Part shown: piece after piece, positions 52,039 to 64,000 of the stretch | Layout: every line of letters starts with the position of its first letter | Position numbering within the stretch: the first letter of the stretch is position 1 | NCBI RefSeq assembly: GCF_000143415.4 | Contig: NW_003314390.1 | Span: 272,973-336,972, forward strand | Reading direction: 5' to 3' | Source: Selaginella moellendorffii | Taxonomy: Eukaryota; Plantae; Lycopodiophyta | Length of the DNA: 64,000 bases | Program-made: the position numbers and the translations under genes | The notes under the pieces: generated by a model | What the model saw: only the letters and a program-made list of their open reading frames with translations | What the model was told of the DNA's origin: nothing | Databases searched by the model: none

Positions 52039-53679
52039 TCACTGCTCGGAACTTGGATTAGTGGACGCTCTCCCTCGTTTCGTCGAGAAACTTGGCCGCC
52101 ACAGTGGCCTCTCCCGCTTCGTGAGGCTTGTAGCAGCAAAGATGGACAGTCCCACCAGCAGCGCTCCTCCAAACACGTTTCGCAACATGTTTGGCCTCTG
52201 CCTCGTCTCCACCTTCTGCTCCTCCTCCTCCGCAACATTGCTTCCAAAGTCTTTGGAGCAGCGTACCTCTGCTGCGTCGCAGGAGCTGGAGAGGCTGGAA
52301 GATAATCCTTGAAACTTGTCTACCAGGCCCTTGGAGCACACAATGCAGTCGGAGCAATCCTCCCCCTTGTCCACGGCCGACGCCGGCGGCCTTCTCAAGA
52401 GCGTGCTACTGTCCACTGGTATATCTGCACGGATCATAGCTCAGCTCCGTTAGAAGGCCAGTGTTAGATTTTTGCCAGACCTTTCTCGTCTTCCGTCTTG
52501 CAAGTAGCCACGAAGTTCTTCAGCTTGGAATCCAGCTTGAAGAGCACCGTCTCTAGTTCTTCCAGTAAGTTCATCTGCATTTAAAGATTAAGATGTTCAC
52601 TCAGCCGGGTTCTAATCTAACATTCGAAACAGTCTGTTTACCTCTGGAGAAAGCTCGGCTCCATCCTGCTGCCATAAAAACAATGTAGAAATGAGATCAC
52701 GTCTCTCCCAGCAAATTTACATGGAACATACATACCTGACTTCTACGGAGCTGCTGATTGCTGCAGCCGCCTCCCTCGGTGAAGCTTGCGTCCAAGATGT
52801 CGCTCGGAAGACTTGAATAAGAAAAACGTATTAGGTACAGCAAAAGTTGCATCCACCGGGTCGCGGGCTTACCTTTGCTTGTGATGTATTATAGTGTCGA
52901 GATCCGGAATGAACAGGTTCTCTGGATTACCAAGGCAAGTACATTCCAGCGTCATCTGTTGCATTACACCAAGCATTCTTATTTTATTCTCACGTCGAAT
53001 GCACAAGAGAAATATATTCCAAGGAAGAGAGCTCTACCTTCAGTTTGGGTACATAGCCTTCACGCGGACTGGACGCACAGAGAGGATATTTGATGTACAC
53101 CTCCGAATCCATGTCGTCGAGAAACTAGGAGGTACACGTTATTAACAAAGAAATGACCAAGGTTGGGCACACTTACCTCTTTTAAGTCGAGAGCAATATG
53201 ACCCGCCAAACCAGAACTGTAAGCCTGTTATAGAAACAAAACCACGAGAGTTGGACCCGTTCATCATTCCATGAAAAAATCGAGGATGGAGGGCGAGCAA
53301 TCATCTACCTGATCTGCGATTCCAAGGAGGAAAGGAGAAACAAAATATAAACCTTTAGTCGAGAGAAAGAACAAATCAAATCGCTCATACCTATGTAAAT
53401 GTGGAGCTTGCCGAGATCGTCTTCCTTGGCGCAGAAGAGGCGGCAGCTAATCCTCTGGTCGATGAGGCACTCGTCTTGCACGATGTCGAATTCGCCCAGC
53501 TCCTTCTGCTTGGACCCATGCAGGACTGTGATCTTTAAGCTTCTCTTGGCCGGAATCCGGAAGCTAGAGCTGGTGCTGAAGGAGAGGCGCATAGGCGACG
53601 GGATGCGCGTCACTCGCAAGATTGTGATGGTGAAAACGTAGACGCGGGGGCCCTGGATTGAAGAATTCCTATTCGCCAT
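52039..53679 (-). CDS. Uncharacterised multi-exon protein, possible N-terminal C2-like domain and C-terminal transmembrane anchor
   Basis: Regular GT-AG exons; beta-rich N-terminus (YVFTITILRV, LAGHIALDLKEF); hydrophobic VFGGALLVGLSIFAATSL followed by a basic tail. Confidence 0.55.
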
Positions 53680-54258
53680 GGCTGCTGCGGCGCTTCCTCT
53701 CGCCGATCGCGCATCAAGACGACGAGCTTCTTGCTCGCCTGGCGCCCCAAAGAATCAATCGATCATACCTAGCTAGCGCGCGCTGTTGGAAAAGAGAGAG
53801 AGAGTATGAAACCCTGGATCAAACAAGACGACGATGAATGGACGCGCAGCGCAGCGGAGGGCAAGTAAAAATGCGGCGGCGGAAACCCCTTTGGTAGTTT
53901 TTATGTATAGTAAAAACTCGACATTCTCCTCCAAACGGGTAGCTAGCTCGCCAATATTTACCACCACGGGACAACGGCTGCTTTTTCTTTTTTACCATCG
54001 GCAGTCCCAGTGACCGTTAGAATGTGACAGAATATTCTGATCATGACGGTGCCCGGATATTCCATCTATTCAACTCGTTGACGGATGGCCAGTCAACCCA
54101 ATTCCGTTTACTACGAAAAGAGCATGGGCTTTGATAGAAATGAAATAGTATAATTGCATGAAGGAGCGGACACACTTGGCACCGGCAATGCATGCTGGAT
54201 CATATATAATCAATCAATCAAACCTATGCTCAAAGCAACCGAAAGTTCTCGCCTCACA

Positions 54259-54690
54259 ATGAAGGCTGCTCTAGTGTTTCTTGTGCTTGTGTTCACCACG
54301 TTCGAGGTCACTTTGTCTTCTTCAAGTAGGGATCTCTTGTCCGTCGGTGGAGTTCATGAACAGCAGGATTCACCAGCCGCTCTATCTTTCGGGGATGATG
54401 GTGACGATTTTCACCAAGGCATGGACAGGAAGAGGAGCCACAATGGCAACAACATCAACATCAACATCAATTTCAAGTGTAAGGATGATCATGTAGATTC
54501 AAAGGACGATAACAAGGCTAAGGATGACACAAGAGAGAAGAAACACAAGGAAGTCAAGGATGACAAGAGGGAGGAGAAGAAAAAAGAGGATATGGATGAC
54601 AAGAGCAAGGAGAAGGACGAGAAAGACAAGGATATGGATGGCAAGGACAAGAGCAAGGACAAAGACGACGAGGAGAGAGTGTTTCCCTAG
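54259..54690 (+). CDS. Small secreted Lys/Asp-rich orphan protein (143 aa)
   Basis: TATA-like TATATAA at about 54203, signal peptide MKAALVFLVLVFTTFEVTLS, single exon, AATAAA just after the stop. Confidence 0.7.
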   Translation: MKAALVFLVLVFTTFEVTLSSSSRDLLSVGGVHEQQDSPAALSFGDDGDDFHQGMDRKRSHNGNNINININFKCKDDHVDSKDDNKAKDDTREKKHKEVKDDKREEKKKEDMDDKSKEKDEKDKDMDGKDKSKDKDDEERVFP

Positions 54691-54782
54691 AAAATGGAAT
54701 CTAAAAGAGCACAAACTATGAAGAAATAAATCCATGATCTTCGGATTGTTTGCTTGAAACCCTAAATTTTAGGGCAACTGGT

Positions 54783-56360
54783 ATGGATGAAGAGTTTGTC
54801 CCCGAGGCCGTGGCGCTGGATTGCGGGAATGAGAATGTGGAGGCGGTCGGGATCACAATCATCACTGGCTACCTCGGTGCCGGCAAATCTACGGTAGCAT
54901 TCTTGCGCGAGCAAGCAATGGATTTTCACAGTGAGTTTGATCGCAGCTGGTGAATTTCATACTCCATGCCCAGCACGGCAAGCGAATAGCCGTCATTCTC
55001 AATGAATTTGGCGACGAGCTCGGTGTGGAGAGGGCGATGATCAATGAAGGTGAATCCGGTGCGCTTGTCGAGGAATGGATCGAGCTCCCCAATGGCTGTG
55101 TTTGTTGCAATGTCAAGCACAGCTTTGTTCAGGCACTAGAGCAGCTCACCCAGCGCCGTGACAGGTGAATTTCTTCCCCGAAGTTTTCACTTTTTTTCAT
55201 GGCTTTTCTTACAGGTGTGAGCATGTCTTGCTCGAGACAACCGGGCTTGCCAATCCGGGTCCAGTGGCATCCACTCTTTGGATCGATGATCAGCTTGAAT
55301 CGTCGGTGAGACTGGACGCCATAGTCACGGTAAAGTTGATTGCATTCTAGATAGATTGATCCTTTGACATTATAAATCAGGTGGTTGATGCCAGGAACTT
55401 GCAGCATCAGCTGGATGATAGGGAGGACGCTGAAGCATTCTTGCAACTAGCGCATGCAGTATGAAACCTTTCTCTATCACTAGCGAAAACATGCTGAGAT
55501 TTTTTACTTTTTTATTTTTCTGCTTCTTTTCTGTAGGACGTGATCATTCTCAACAAAGTCGATCTGGTTGACGAGTGCACGCTAACGGATGTGAAACAAC
55601 GAGTTGCTGGGATCAACTCTATTGCGACTGTCTTGGAGGCTGTACGCTGCGAGGTTGATTTAGATGTAGTTCTCAATCGGAGAGCTTATGCTACCAGGGT
55701 AATGGTCTTTGTTTTCGTTTTTTCCTTCTTTGTCTTCTCCTTCGAGCCTATACTATCTTCTTCCTGTGGTGTTTAGGACTCGATTAACCTCCGGGAACTT
55801 GAGAGGAAGCACGACGCAAACTTGCATGGCCAAACGGTCACAACAACCAGCATCGAAGACGACAGGCCCGTGATTTTGAAAAAGGTTAGGACGAGGACGT
55901 TGTGCTTTACTCCGAGCTAAACTTTGCCTTGTAGGTGGATGATTGGCTGGGAGATATTCTTTGGGAAAAGAAAATGGAAATTTATCGAATGAAGGCCATA
56001 CTTCATGTTCATGGTGCGCAGGAAATGCATTTGCTACAGGTAGAATTTGGTGTTTAATTCGATTCTTTCGCATCATAGTTCTGTTGCAGGCTGTCCGTGA
56101 ACTATACGAGATTCTTCCCGGGAGGCTGTGGCGGCCAGCCGAGAAGCGCCAGAGCAAGATAGTTATCATTGGTAACCATTTTTACAGTTTTTACAGTTCT
56201 AAGTTATCAATTGTGTTCATATACACCAGGTCGCAACCTCGACAAAGCATATCTTCAAAGCTCTCTCTCAGCGTGTTGTTTCTCTGGCGGTTTGGCAGAC
56301 GAAAAAGTGTGCTCTCAAAGTATTACCTGTAAGAAATGGTCTGATTTTATTTTCATTTAG
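54783..56360 (+). CDS. COBW/ZNG1-type G3E zinc-chaperone GTPase
   Basis: GYLGAGKST, IAVILNEFG, ELPNGCVCC, LETTGLANP, LNKVDL, YRMKA, KIVIIGRNLD. Confidence 0.9.
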
Positions 56361-56409
56361 CTTGTGCGCTGACACAGGATTTTGCTATTGACAGGCAATC
56401 TTGGCTCTT

Positions 56410-57211
56410 CTACGGGTATCTCACTCTCTGTGGAGCGAACTTTGGAAGACGAGCTTGGAACACGTCGTTGAGGACTGTCAGTGATCCTAAGCTTGTTTTG
56501 AGGAGCTGGAGAACCTGGCAGCGAAAAGATTCGTGAGTAAAACGGTAGCAACAGGTAGAAAACAATGCAAACCTCAACGGGTCCAAGTTGAAGCTCAATT
56601 GTTTCGAGATCCGACACGGCCTCCACTTTATACATGCTCATCAGAGCCACGCTCTTGGCCACTGACACTGGGAAGATTTGGAGGTCGTCAGTGATCATGA
56701 AAGTTACATTCTCCTTGACAAAGCCCTGAGAGGAGGAAGAAGGAGGTTTGGCTGGTCTGGTGGCGGCTGCTGGGCTCGCAAGCACTTGCACAGGGACATT
56801 CATGACAAAGCCACAGGTGGTGCATCTCTGCGTGTTGTCATCCATGGCAATCGCTGGACAGAGTCTTCCCGACGAGCAACGGTAGAAGCTGTGATCACTG
56901 GGCTTGAAAGAGGCAGCGGCACCACCAGAGCTGGCCAAGGCGTTCTCGATTCCCAGGAGCTTGTCCATGAATCCTTCGGGAGCTTGAGGATCAACCAGGA
57001 GCTTCTTGTCGACGTGCATGACGGCGTCGTCCATCTGCTGGACGCTGGTGAAGATCCTGGCAACGCCCACCTGTGCTTCGCCGTGCACGAGCTTCATGGA
57101 CGAGCCGACTGGTAGCAGCAGAAAAGAGAAGAGGACGTCCACGCATTCCTTGCTCGCTTCCAGGTACAAGATTCTCCTGTCCGACTTCTTGCAAACCAGC
57201 GTCACCTTCAT
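56410..57211 (-). CDS. DUF674 family protein, 2 exons
   Basis: RILYLEASKECVDVLFSFLLLPVG, GFVKENVTFMITDDLQIFP, VLQLLKTSLGSLTVLNDVF. Confidence 0.85.
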
Positions 57212-57681
57212 CTTCGATATTGTGTATGATCAGGGAAGACTGATTTTGTGTGTGATCAGGGAAGATCATCCAGCGCGTTTTAAAGCTCGGCATTTGCTTT
57301 TGGAATTGGAGTCAAGCTCAAACAAAGAGCAGCCAAAAGGCTGGAATATGCTATGCTTTCCTTTGTAACGAATTCGTGCAAGAATTTATCCTCAATCCAA
57401 GCCAATGATCTCTTTCTCCTACGTTCTAGCAAGCGAGTCAAACAGTTATAATGACTAGGTAAATACTATACATACTTACTAGGTAGAAGTTTATCCCTCC
57501 CAGGTCAGGCAGGCGAGGTGGGCGTGGCTTTGTTTGGCGATGGCGCAAGCGCGGCGCTTACCGCCCCGCGCCCGCTTCTAGCTCGGGAATACTTCCAGGT
57601 TTGAGCGCCGATCGATCGATCGATCCCATCCATCGGTAGGGTTTTGGAGAGCTTGGAATCTTCCACTGCCGGCCGCGAGCG

Positions 57682-59570
57682 ATGCAGATGCTCAAAAAGC
57701 TCCAGCAGCTGGATGCGTATCCCAAGATCAATGAGGACTTCCACAGCCGCACGCTGTCCGGGGGAGTCATCACTGTTGTCTCCTCCATTTTCATGGCGAT
57801 CCTCTTCATCACGGAGCTTAGTACGTGGTCTTTTGTATCAATTGCTCGTTCTATGGATCACGTTTGGCTTTGGCTTTGTAGAATTGTTTCTTCTTCCGGG
57901 TACCACGAGCGAGCTCTTGGTCGATACATCTCGAGGAGAGACCTTGCAAATCAATGTAAGAAAGGAAATTTCTCCGCAAGGGAAAATAAAATCCCACTGT
58001 TTTCCAATCACGCTGACGGGTGATTCTATGACAGTTTGATATCACCTTTCCGGCTCTAGCGTGCTCGGTTATTAGTCTGGATGCGATGGATGTTAGTGGA
58101 GAACAACACTTGGACGTGGTATGTTATCAGTCAAGAGCCTTTTTTTTTTTTTTTCCTTTTTCCACTAAAACCAATCCTTGTTCTTGCTTGCAGAAACATA
58201 ACATATTTAAGAAGAGATTAGATCCCTCGGGAAAGGTCGTTCAGCCTCCAGTCCAGGAAGATATCGGTGGTCCAAAGGTAAATGATTTCCTTCAGTTTTC
58301 TCGACTTTAACATTCGATTGTTGCTAGATTGATAAACCACTCCAAAAACATGGTGGAAGGCTAGAGCATAACGAAACGTACTGTGGTTCCTGTTTTGGTG
58401 CCGAGCAAGTAAGCTAAGGTATCGCCATATCGTATGGCTACTAACTCGTCCTGCTTTCATCAGTCAGATGATGAGTGCTGTAATAGCTGCGAAGAGGTCC
58501 GGGAAGCGTACCGAAAACGAGGTTGGGCAATACACAATGCCGATTTGATTGACCAGGTGCACTAAGTGAACTAAGGAGTTTGCAGTTTTCGTTTTTCCTT
58601 GTCTGGCCTTGTGTCTGAGATCTAACAAAAGCAACGCAGTGTAAACGCGAGGGGTGGCTTACAAAGATCAAGGAAGAAGAAGGGGAGGGATGCAATATCT
58701 ATGGGTCCTTGGAGGTGAACAAGGTTGCCGGGAACTTTCATTTTGCTCCTGGCAAGAGCTTTTCACAACAACATGTGCACGTCCATGACGTTCAGTCCCT
58801 TCACAAGGAGAAATTCAATGTAAGCTATGGTGCTGTTGCGTTTTTCATGCAGCGTTCTTTCTTCTTGCAGGTCAGCCATTACATCAACGAGCTTAGCTTT
58901 GGCGCTCGGTTTCCAGGAGTTGTGAACCCTCTTGACAAGTAAGCGGGTCGTGTGACGAGTAAGACTTTTTTTAATCTTCGAATGAGTTGCAGAGAGAAGC
59001 GCATTCAAAAGTTTCCATCCGCTATGTACCAATATTTCATCAAGGTATAGCTCTTTGTCATTTTTGTTTCCCTCGTTGCAACTCTGTTTTACCAGGTGGT
59101 TCCGACTGCGTACACGGATATGACCGGGCACAAGATTGTCACAAACCAGGTCATAGTTTCTTCTTTGTCCTTTCGAGATGCGAAGGTATTAACAGCGATT
59201 TGCTTCAGTTCTCAGTAACAGATCATTTCAAGGCAGTAGAAGGTTTAAATGGTCGTTCGTTGCCTGGAGTTTTCTTCTTTTACGAGCTCTCGCCTATCAA
59301 GGTTCGTCAAAGATCTGTGGTCATTCTTCGTAACTTGATATGTACCCGCAGGTTTTGTTTACTGAGAGAAAGACATCCTTCCTTCACTTTCTAACAAACG
59401 TCTGTGCCATCATTGGAGGTAAGTCAACCCCTCGTTGCTGCATTCCAAAATCTAATTGAGTGTGGCTACGGATGACAGGGGTTTTCACTGTCTCTGGCAT
59501 CATCGACTCGTTCATCTACCATGGACATCGGGCAATAAAGAAAAAGATGGAGATTGGCAAATATATATGA
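57682..59570 (+). CDS. ER-Golgi intermediate compartment protein 3 (Erv46) homolog
   Basis: LDAYPKINEDF, LDAMDVSGEQH, YCGSCFGA, CCNSCEEVREAY, VNKVAGNFHFAPG, LPGVFFFYELSPIK, KKMEIGKYI*. Confidence 0.92.
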
Positions 59571-59799
59571 GAAAAACATTGCATAGCTTTTCCATTCAAA
59601 GGTTTTGTTCTGTCTCTCCAGCAACAGTGGCGAGCTCTAAGCATCACAATCAAATACAGTTTCAAAAGTCTGTCATTTGGTGTTCCACGCGTTCTGCGAT
59701 GGAGCTTGTTCGTATTGGCGTCGAATGGCTTGAGGAACTCGGTAAACTATCGAGGTTGCGGAGCTTCGCAACCTTGCAAGCTGCGTCAAGATGTGGAAA

Positions 59800-59877
59800 G
59801 AGCCCGCTTGTGCCTGCGCATCAAGATCAAAGGCCCGAGCCCGCTTGTGCCTGGGCATCAAGATTAAAGGCCCGAGC
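59800..59877. repeat. Tandem repeat, 2 x 37 bp
   Basis: GAGCCCGCTTGTGCCTGSGCATCAAGATYAAAGGCCC occurs twice. Confidence 0.85.
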
Positions 59878-60729
59878 TATGTTTGCATCGTTGGAGAGAG
59901 AGGAGGGGAACGATTTCAGTCCAGGGGTGTTGCAGCCAACAGGGAGGAGTTCGTGCCCGTCTCTTGCTTTAATCATTAAAATTAAAACCACAGCGAACCA
60001 CTCTCAATTTCAAGTTGCCGGCTACAATAAAATGCAGTCACTGTACATCAACTTTGAAGTTGCTGTGTAAGCGCTGTCAGCCTGCACCTGGAGGTAGAAA
60101 CACTTCAGAAGCGTGAAGGTATGAAGGATCGAACCGTACATTGGAAGTGATTATCCTTCTTGATTCTTGATGGCTGCTGTCATTCATTATCCTAGTTCCA
60201 CAGAGCCAATATTGCTCTGGTTACATGATAGAGTTAATGTGTGTGTTTTCAAACCCCAATCTAGTGGCAGTATTGGTGAGTGTTGAAGAGGGACTTTGTG
60301 AAGATCAACGAAGAGATATTGGAGGATAGAGTTCCTTTATATCTAAGACCACTTTATATCTATGAAGCATTTTAGCTGTTGCACATGCATGATTTTTGGA
60401 GGATTAACTTATTGGACATCACACCGAACTTCATAAATTTGTGGTTTAACTTATCGCAACATTTGATATGGTCCTTTCCACTGAGTAAGGAGCTTTTTAG
60501 ATAAACTATGTACCATAAGATTGAGAAAATGAATTAACACCAAGTCATTTATTTTGTATTCTACAGGTGGACGATGATAGGAGTTGTAACATTGTTATTG
60601 TCCCATTTATATACAGCTCAAGTGTTTAATAGATTTTTCTCAAACAAGTGGAAGAATGCTCGTCAAATATTAATCCCACGACTTAACATTACCAACTTGT
60701 AGCAATCACAAAGGTAAAGTCAACTCTAT

Positions 60730-63700
60730 TGTTAGTATTGGATCATGACCATAAAAAAGTTTATTTTAAACTCTACACCCCTATAACATATGTATATTGA
60801 AGAGATGGCAAATAACCATCTCAATCTGAATGCTAAAAGTTCATGTACTTCACAATTATTCCTTTGAAGGTCCAAACAAATTATTTTACCAAACCGTTTG
60901 ATTATACCTGTACTATTCAAACCCAAGGATATCTTAAGACCCTTAATCAATTAGAAAAAGGGGTGCACTTTTGTTTATGGACCCTTTCCTTCTATATTTA
61001 CCCCTATGGATTGTCTCTTGAGTTATTTCCTTTGGTTGCTTACAATCCCCAACCAAAATGTCAAAATGTGAAATGCCATAGCCATAAATGCAAGACTATT
61101 ATCCAAAAGAATTTGATCTAGATAGGATTGTTGGAACACTACTCAATTGAGGAGGAAGTATTCAACAACAATTATAAACATACTAGCAAGAGCACTAACT
61201 TCCATATAGTGAATCAAGTAGTTAAAAGCAATAATGACATATTCATTGCCAATAATCGATCATGAAAATGCCTCATCAAATCAAATGCCATAAACTCAAA
61301 CAAATGAGAAATTGCAATTGACTCCAACCATCCTTCCACAACACAAAGGGGAGTATTACGAATTTGGCACCAAACACAATTACGTATATACTGGATAACA
61401 TTACGTCGCATCTCTAGCCAATAAAAAGACCTATGTAGCTTTTTAGTCATATGACAAAGTCTCATACACCCATATAGAACAAGAAAATCATGGTAGGCAT
61501 GGAGAAAATATGGAATAAAGATCGAAAGCACCACCAGTCATAAATGATCATCAAGATCCGCTCTTACAAAATAAAAAAGACTGTCTTCAAAGCAATATTA
61601 AGAATGTAAATGAGCCTCACAAACCTTGTTATGAAAAGGTAAATCTTGCTTTGCACCTTGTGAACACTAAACATCAAGTATAACAATTACTAATGGCACA
61701 AGATCCTCACAGATGCTAGAAGTATAGGCTTGTCAAAAACATGAGAAGAGAGTGAAGAAGGAAAAAGATCTCAAGAAAAAGCATTAGCATTAGCCATAAA
61801 ACTCTCTAAGTGATGAATAATATGAAAATCATATATGTAAAGCTTCAAAGCCCATTGAGCAATATGCCCAATTAAGTTCTTCCTCTTCAATAATGAAGTA
61901 ACTATAGCATGATCATCTGCTAGTAATGTCCGAAAACCATATAAATATGCATGAAGTTTTTCAAAACCAAATTATTGTTAAACACTCCTTTGTTATGGAC
62001 TAATTCACTTTTACTAGTTGTAATATATTGTAATATACAACTAATATATGTATAATGCACAATACATCACTCCCCCTTTATTTAGAGTGGGCTCTATTTG
62101 CTTACTTGGATTTGCATCCTTGAGTAAAATGAAAGGTTGAGTGTAGTTAGGATATACCACAAATGGAAGAGTTATCAATAGCTCTTTTGATCTATAAAGG
62201 CTCGCTCATAATCCACAGATTAAATGAAAGATGACATTGACGACTTTAACAATACTCACAATGGTGTAATGTGATCAAAAAGGTGATCAACAAAGCGACC
62301 AAGATATTGCACCTTGCCTAAGAAGTGTTGCACATTATTTACATACTTCGGAGTAGGGAATTTTAAAACAGCCACAAGTTTATCAAGATCAACTTGCAAA
62401 CCCTTACAAGAAATATAATACCTAAGATAAGTCATGTTTTTAGACATAAATATGTACTTTAGCTGCTTCAACTTTAAACCAACTTACTATACCTAATCCA
62501 AAACTTTACGAATATCACAAACGTGTTCTTCCCATGTCCCTTCCAAATGAATCAAGACATCATCAATGAAGTTAGTAGTCACTTTCAGCATGTCACAAAA
62601 AACCTCATCTATCATTTGTTGAAAAGTTACTAGAGCATTATTCAAACCAAATAGCATCACTAAAAACTTATATAAACCAAATGGTATATGAAAAACAATT
62701 TTAGGAATATCTTTCTCGGTTATCAACACTTGCTAATATCCAAAAGCAAAATCTAACTTGGTGAACCAATAACTTTTCCCCAGATAATCCAAAAGATTAG
62801 TAGTGTGAAGAAGAGGGTATATATTTGGGATTATTACTTGGTTTAACGGACGATAGTCGATGTAAAAATAAATACTCCTATCAGACATTATTACAAAAAG
62901 AGGTTTACACACTCAAGGACTCCATGACTTTTGAATAACATTTTTTTCTATCATCTCTTTGACATTTACATATCAAATCTTGATCTCTTTTGATAACCGA
63001 CAATGAATAAGAACCTTGATTAGATAAGCATCCCCAATTGGAATAGGATAATGTGTTGTAATCTTGGCCCCAAACGATATGTCAAATTCAAAGAGATTGG
63101 TATACTCCTTTTATAAGCCAATCAATCGCTGCAATATAAAGATTGTCAGAGGGATCAAAAGAAGGAATAGAGGAACAAAATGGAAACATAGAAAAAAATA
63201 ATAGGGAGATAAAAGTGATGAAAGCAAAAGTAGAAACAGAAGGATAGAAAGGAATAGAAGTGAAAAATGGAAGAAATATAAAGAAGTATGAGATAAGGGG
63301 GAAAAACATTAAAGTTACACTTTGCATGATTTCACCAGAACCAATCCATACTAAGAATGAGGTCAAAAACTTGACTTGGCACCACCCACAATGACTGCAA
63401 CTCAAGCTCGAGATCGCCCATATGCATAACTAAATCCCCCTCATCCCATGCATATACGTATGTATGGCCATTGCCATACAAAATGAAAATTAACTTTGCC
63501 GCATGATGTAAATGTAGATAGTAACGTGTGGCAATAAGCCAAACAATAGAAGATAAACTTGAGCTTATATCAACTAACACAGAAAGCATAATAAGGGACT
63601 TTTTGTTGAAAAACAAGCTTGGAAAGTAAACACTGAATAAATTGGTGCTGAGTGAACCCTTTGATGATACTCTTGCAAGAAAGATGAAGGGGTCACTGAT

Positions 63701-64000
63701 TTATTTGCACAAGGACCCTTTACTACTTGTGAAACTCTTCATTTTCTGGAAGCATCTCGATGTCCAGACCTTTTACTATAACAACACCAATAGAACATTG
63801 TTGATGCCAAGGTCTCTACCTAGGAAATGGAGATCATCAATCTGGAAAATGTTGACAATGCCGATAAATGTGATCAACTTCATTATATGGCTAGTAGCAA
63901 ACATCATGTCCTTACCCTTATACTTAAATTTGGGTAGCAGTATCAACTTCTATTGGAACAAGACCATCTCCTACAGAAAGTGGAGTTGAAGGATATGCAA
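60730..64000 (-). mobile_element. Decayed Ty3/gypsy LTR retrotransposon pol (PR-RT-RH-INT), running off the window
   Basis: Protease-like VLVDIS..LILSMDW; RT LDFAFGY*Q, FGLYKFLVMLFGLNNA, FIDDVL; integrase zinc finger FYWLEMRRNVIQYIRNCVWCQ; gypsy domain order; many stops and frameshifts. Confidence 0.9.

Noticed and set aside
59800-59877. CRISPR-like repeat
   Set aside because: Two abutting copies with no spacers, in a eukaryotic context.

Overview
Gene-dense land-plant nuclear DNA with mostly 50-70 nt introns and often under 200 bp between genes. It is most likely a lycophyte such as Selaginella; this is inferred from intron size, gene density and PPR style, not confirmed. The window has three zones. 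(1) 1-12.9 kb is a repeat-rich accessory region: an intronless Crinkler/CR-like NTPase + restriction-endonuclease-fold gene, a class III peroxidase with a tail-to-tail pseudogene, LTR remnants and gene fragments. (2) 13-59.6 kb is a tightly packed run of about 19 protein genes plus tRNA-Gly: DEG1, PGLP1, centrin, PLS-PPR, Nudix CoA pyrophosphatase, CAMTA, XBAT35-like, UIEF-like, two head-to-head PTB3-like genes, Ole e 1, kelch, ABCC, CDCA7-like, NUP188, ALG13, two orphans, ZNG1/COBW, DUF674 and ERGIC3. (3) 60.7-64 kb is a decayed Ty3/gypsy element. The two strongest leads are a divergent pair of PTB/hnRNP-L-type 4-RRM genes that both appear to have gained mitochondrial-type presequences, and a headerless CR NTPase-nuclease gene with an NLS-like N-terminus. 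Exon boundaries were read by eye and family calls come from motif recognition; no searches were run.
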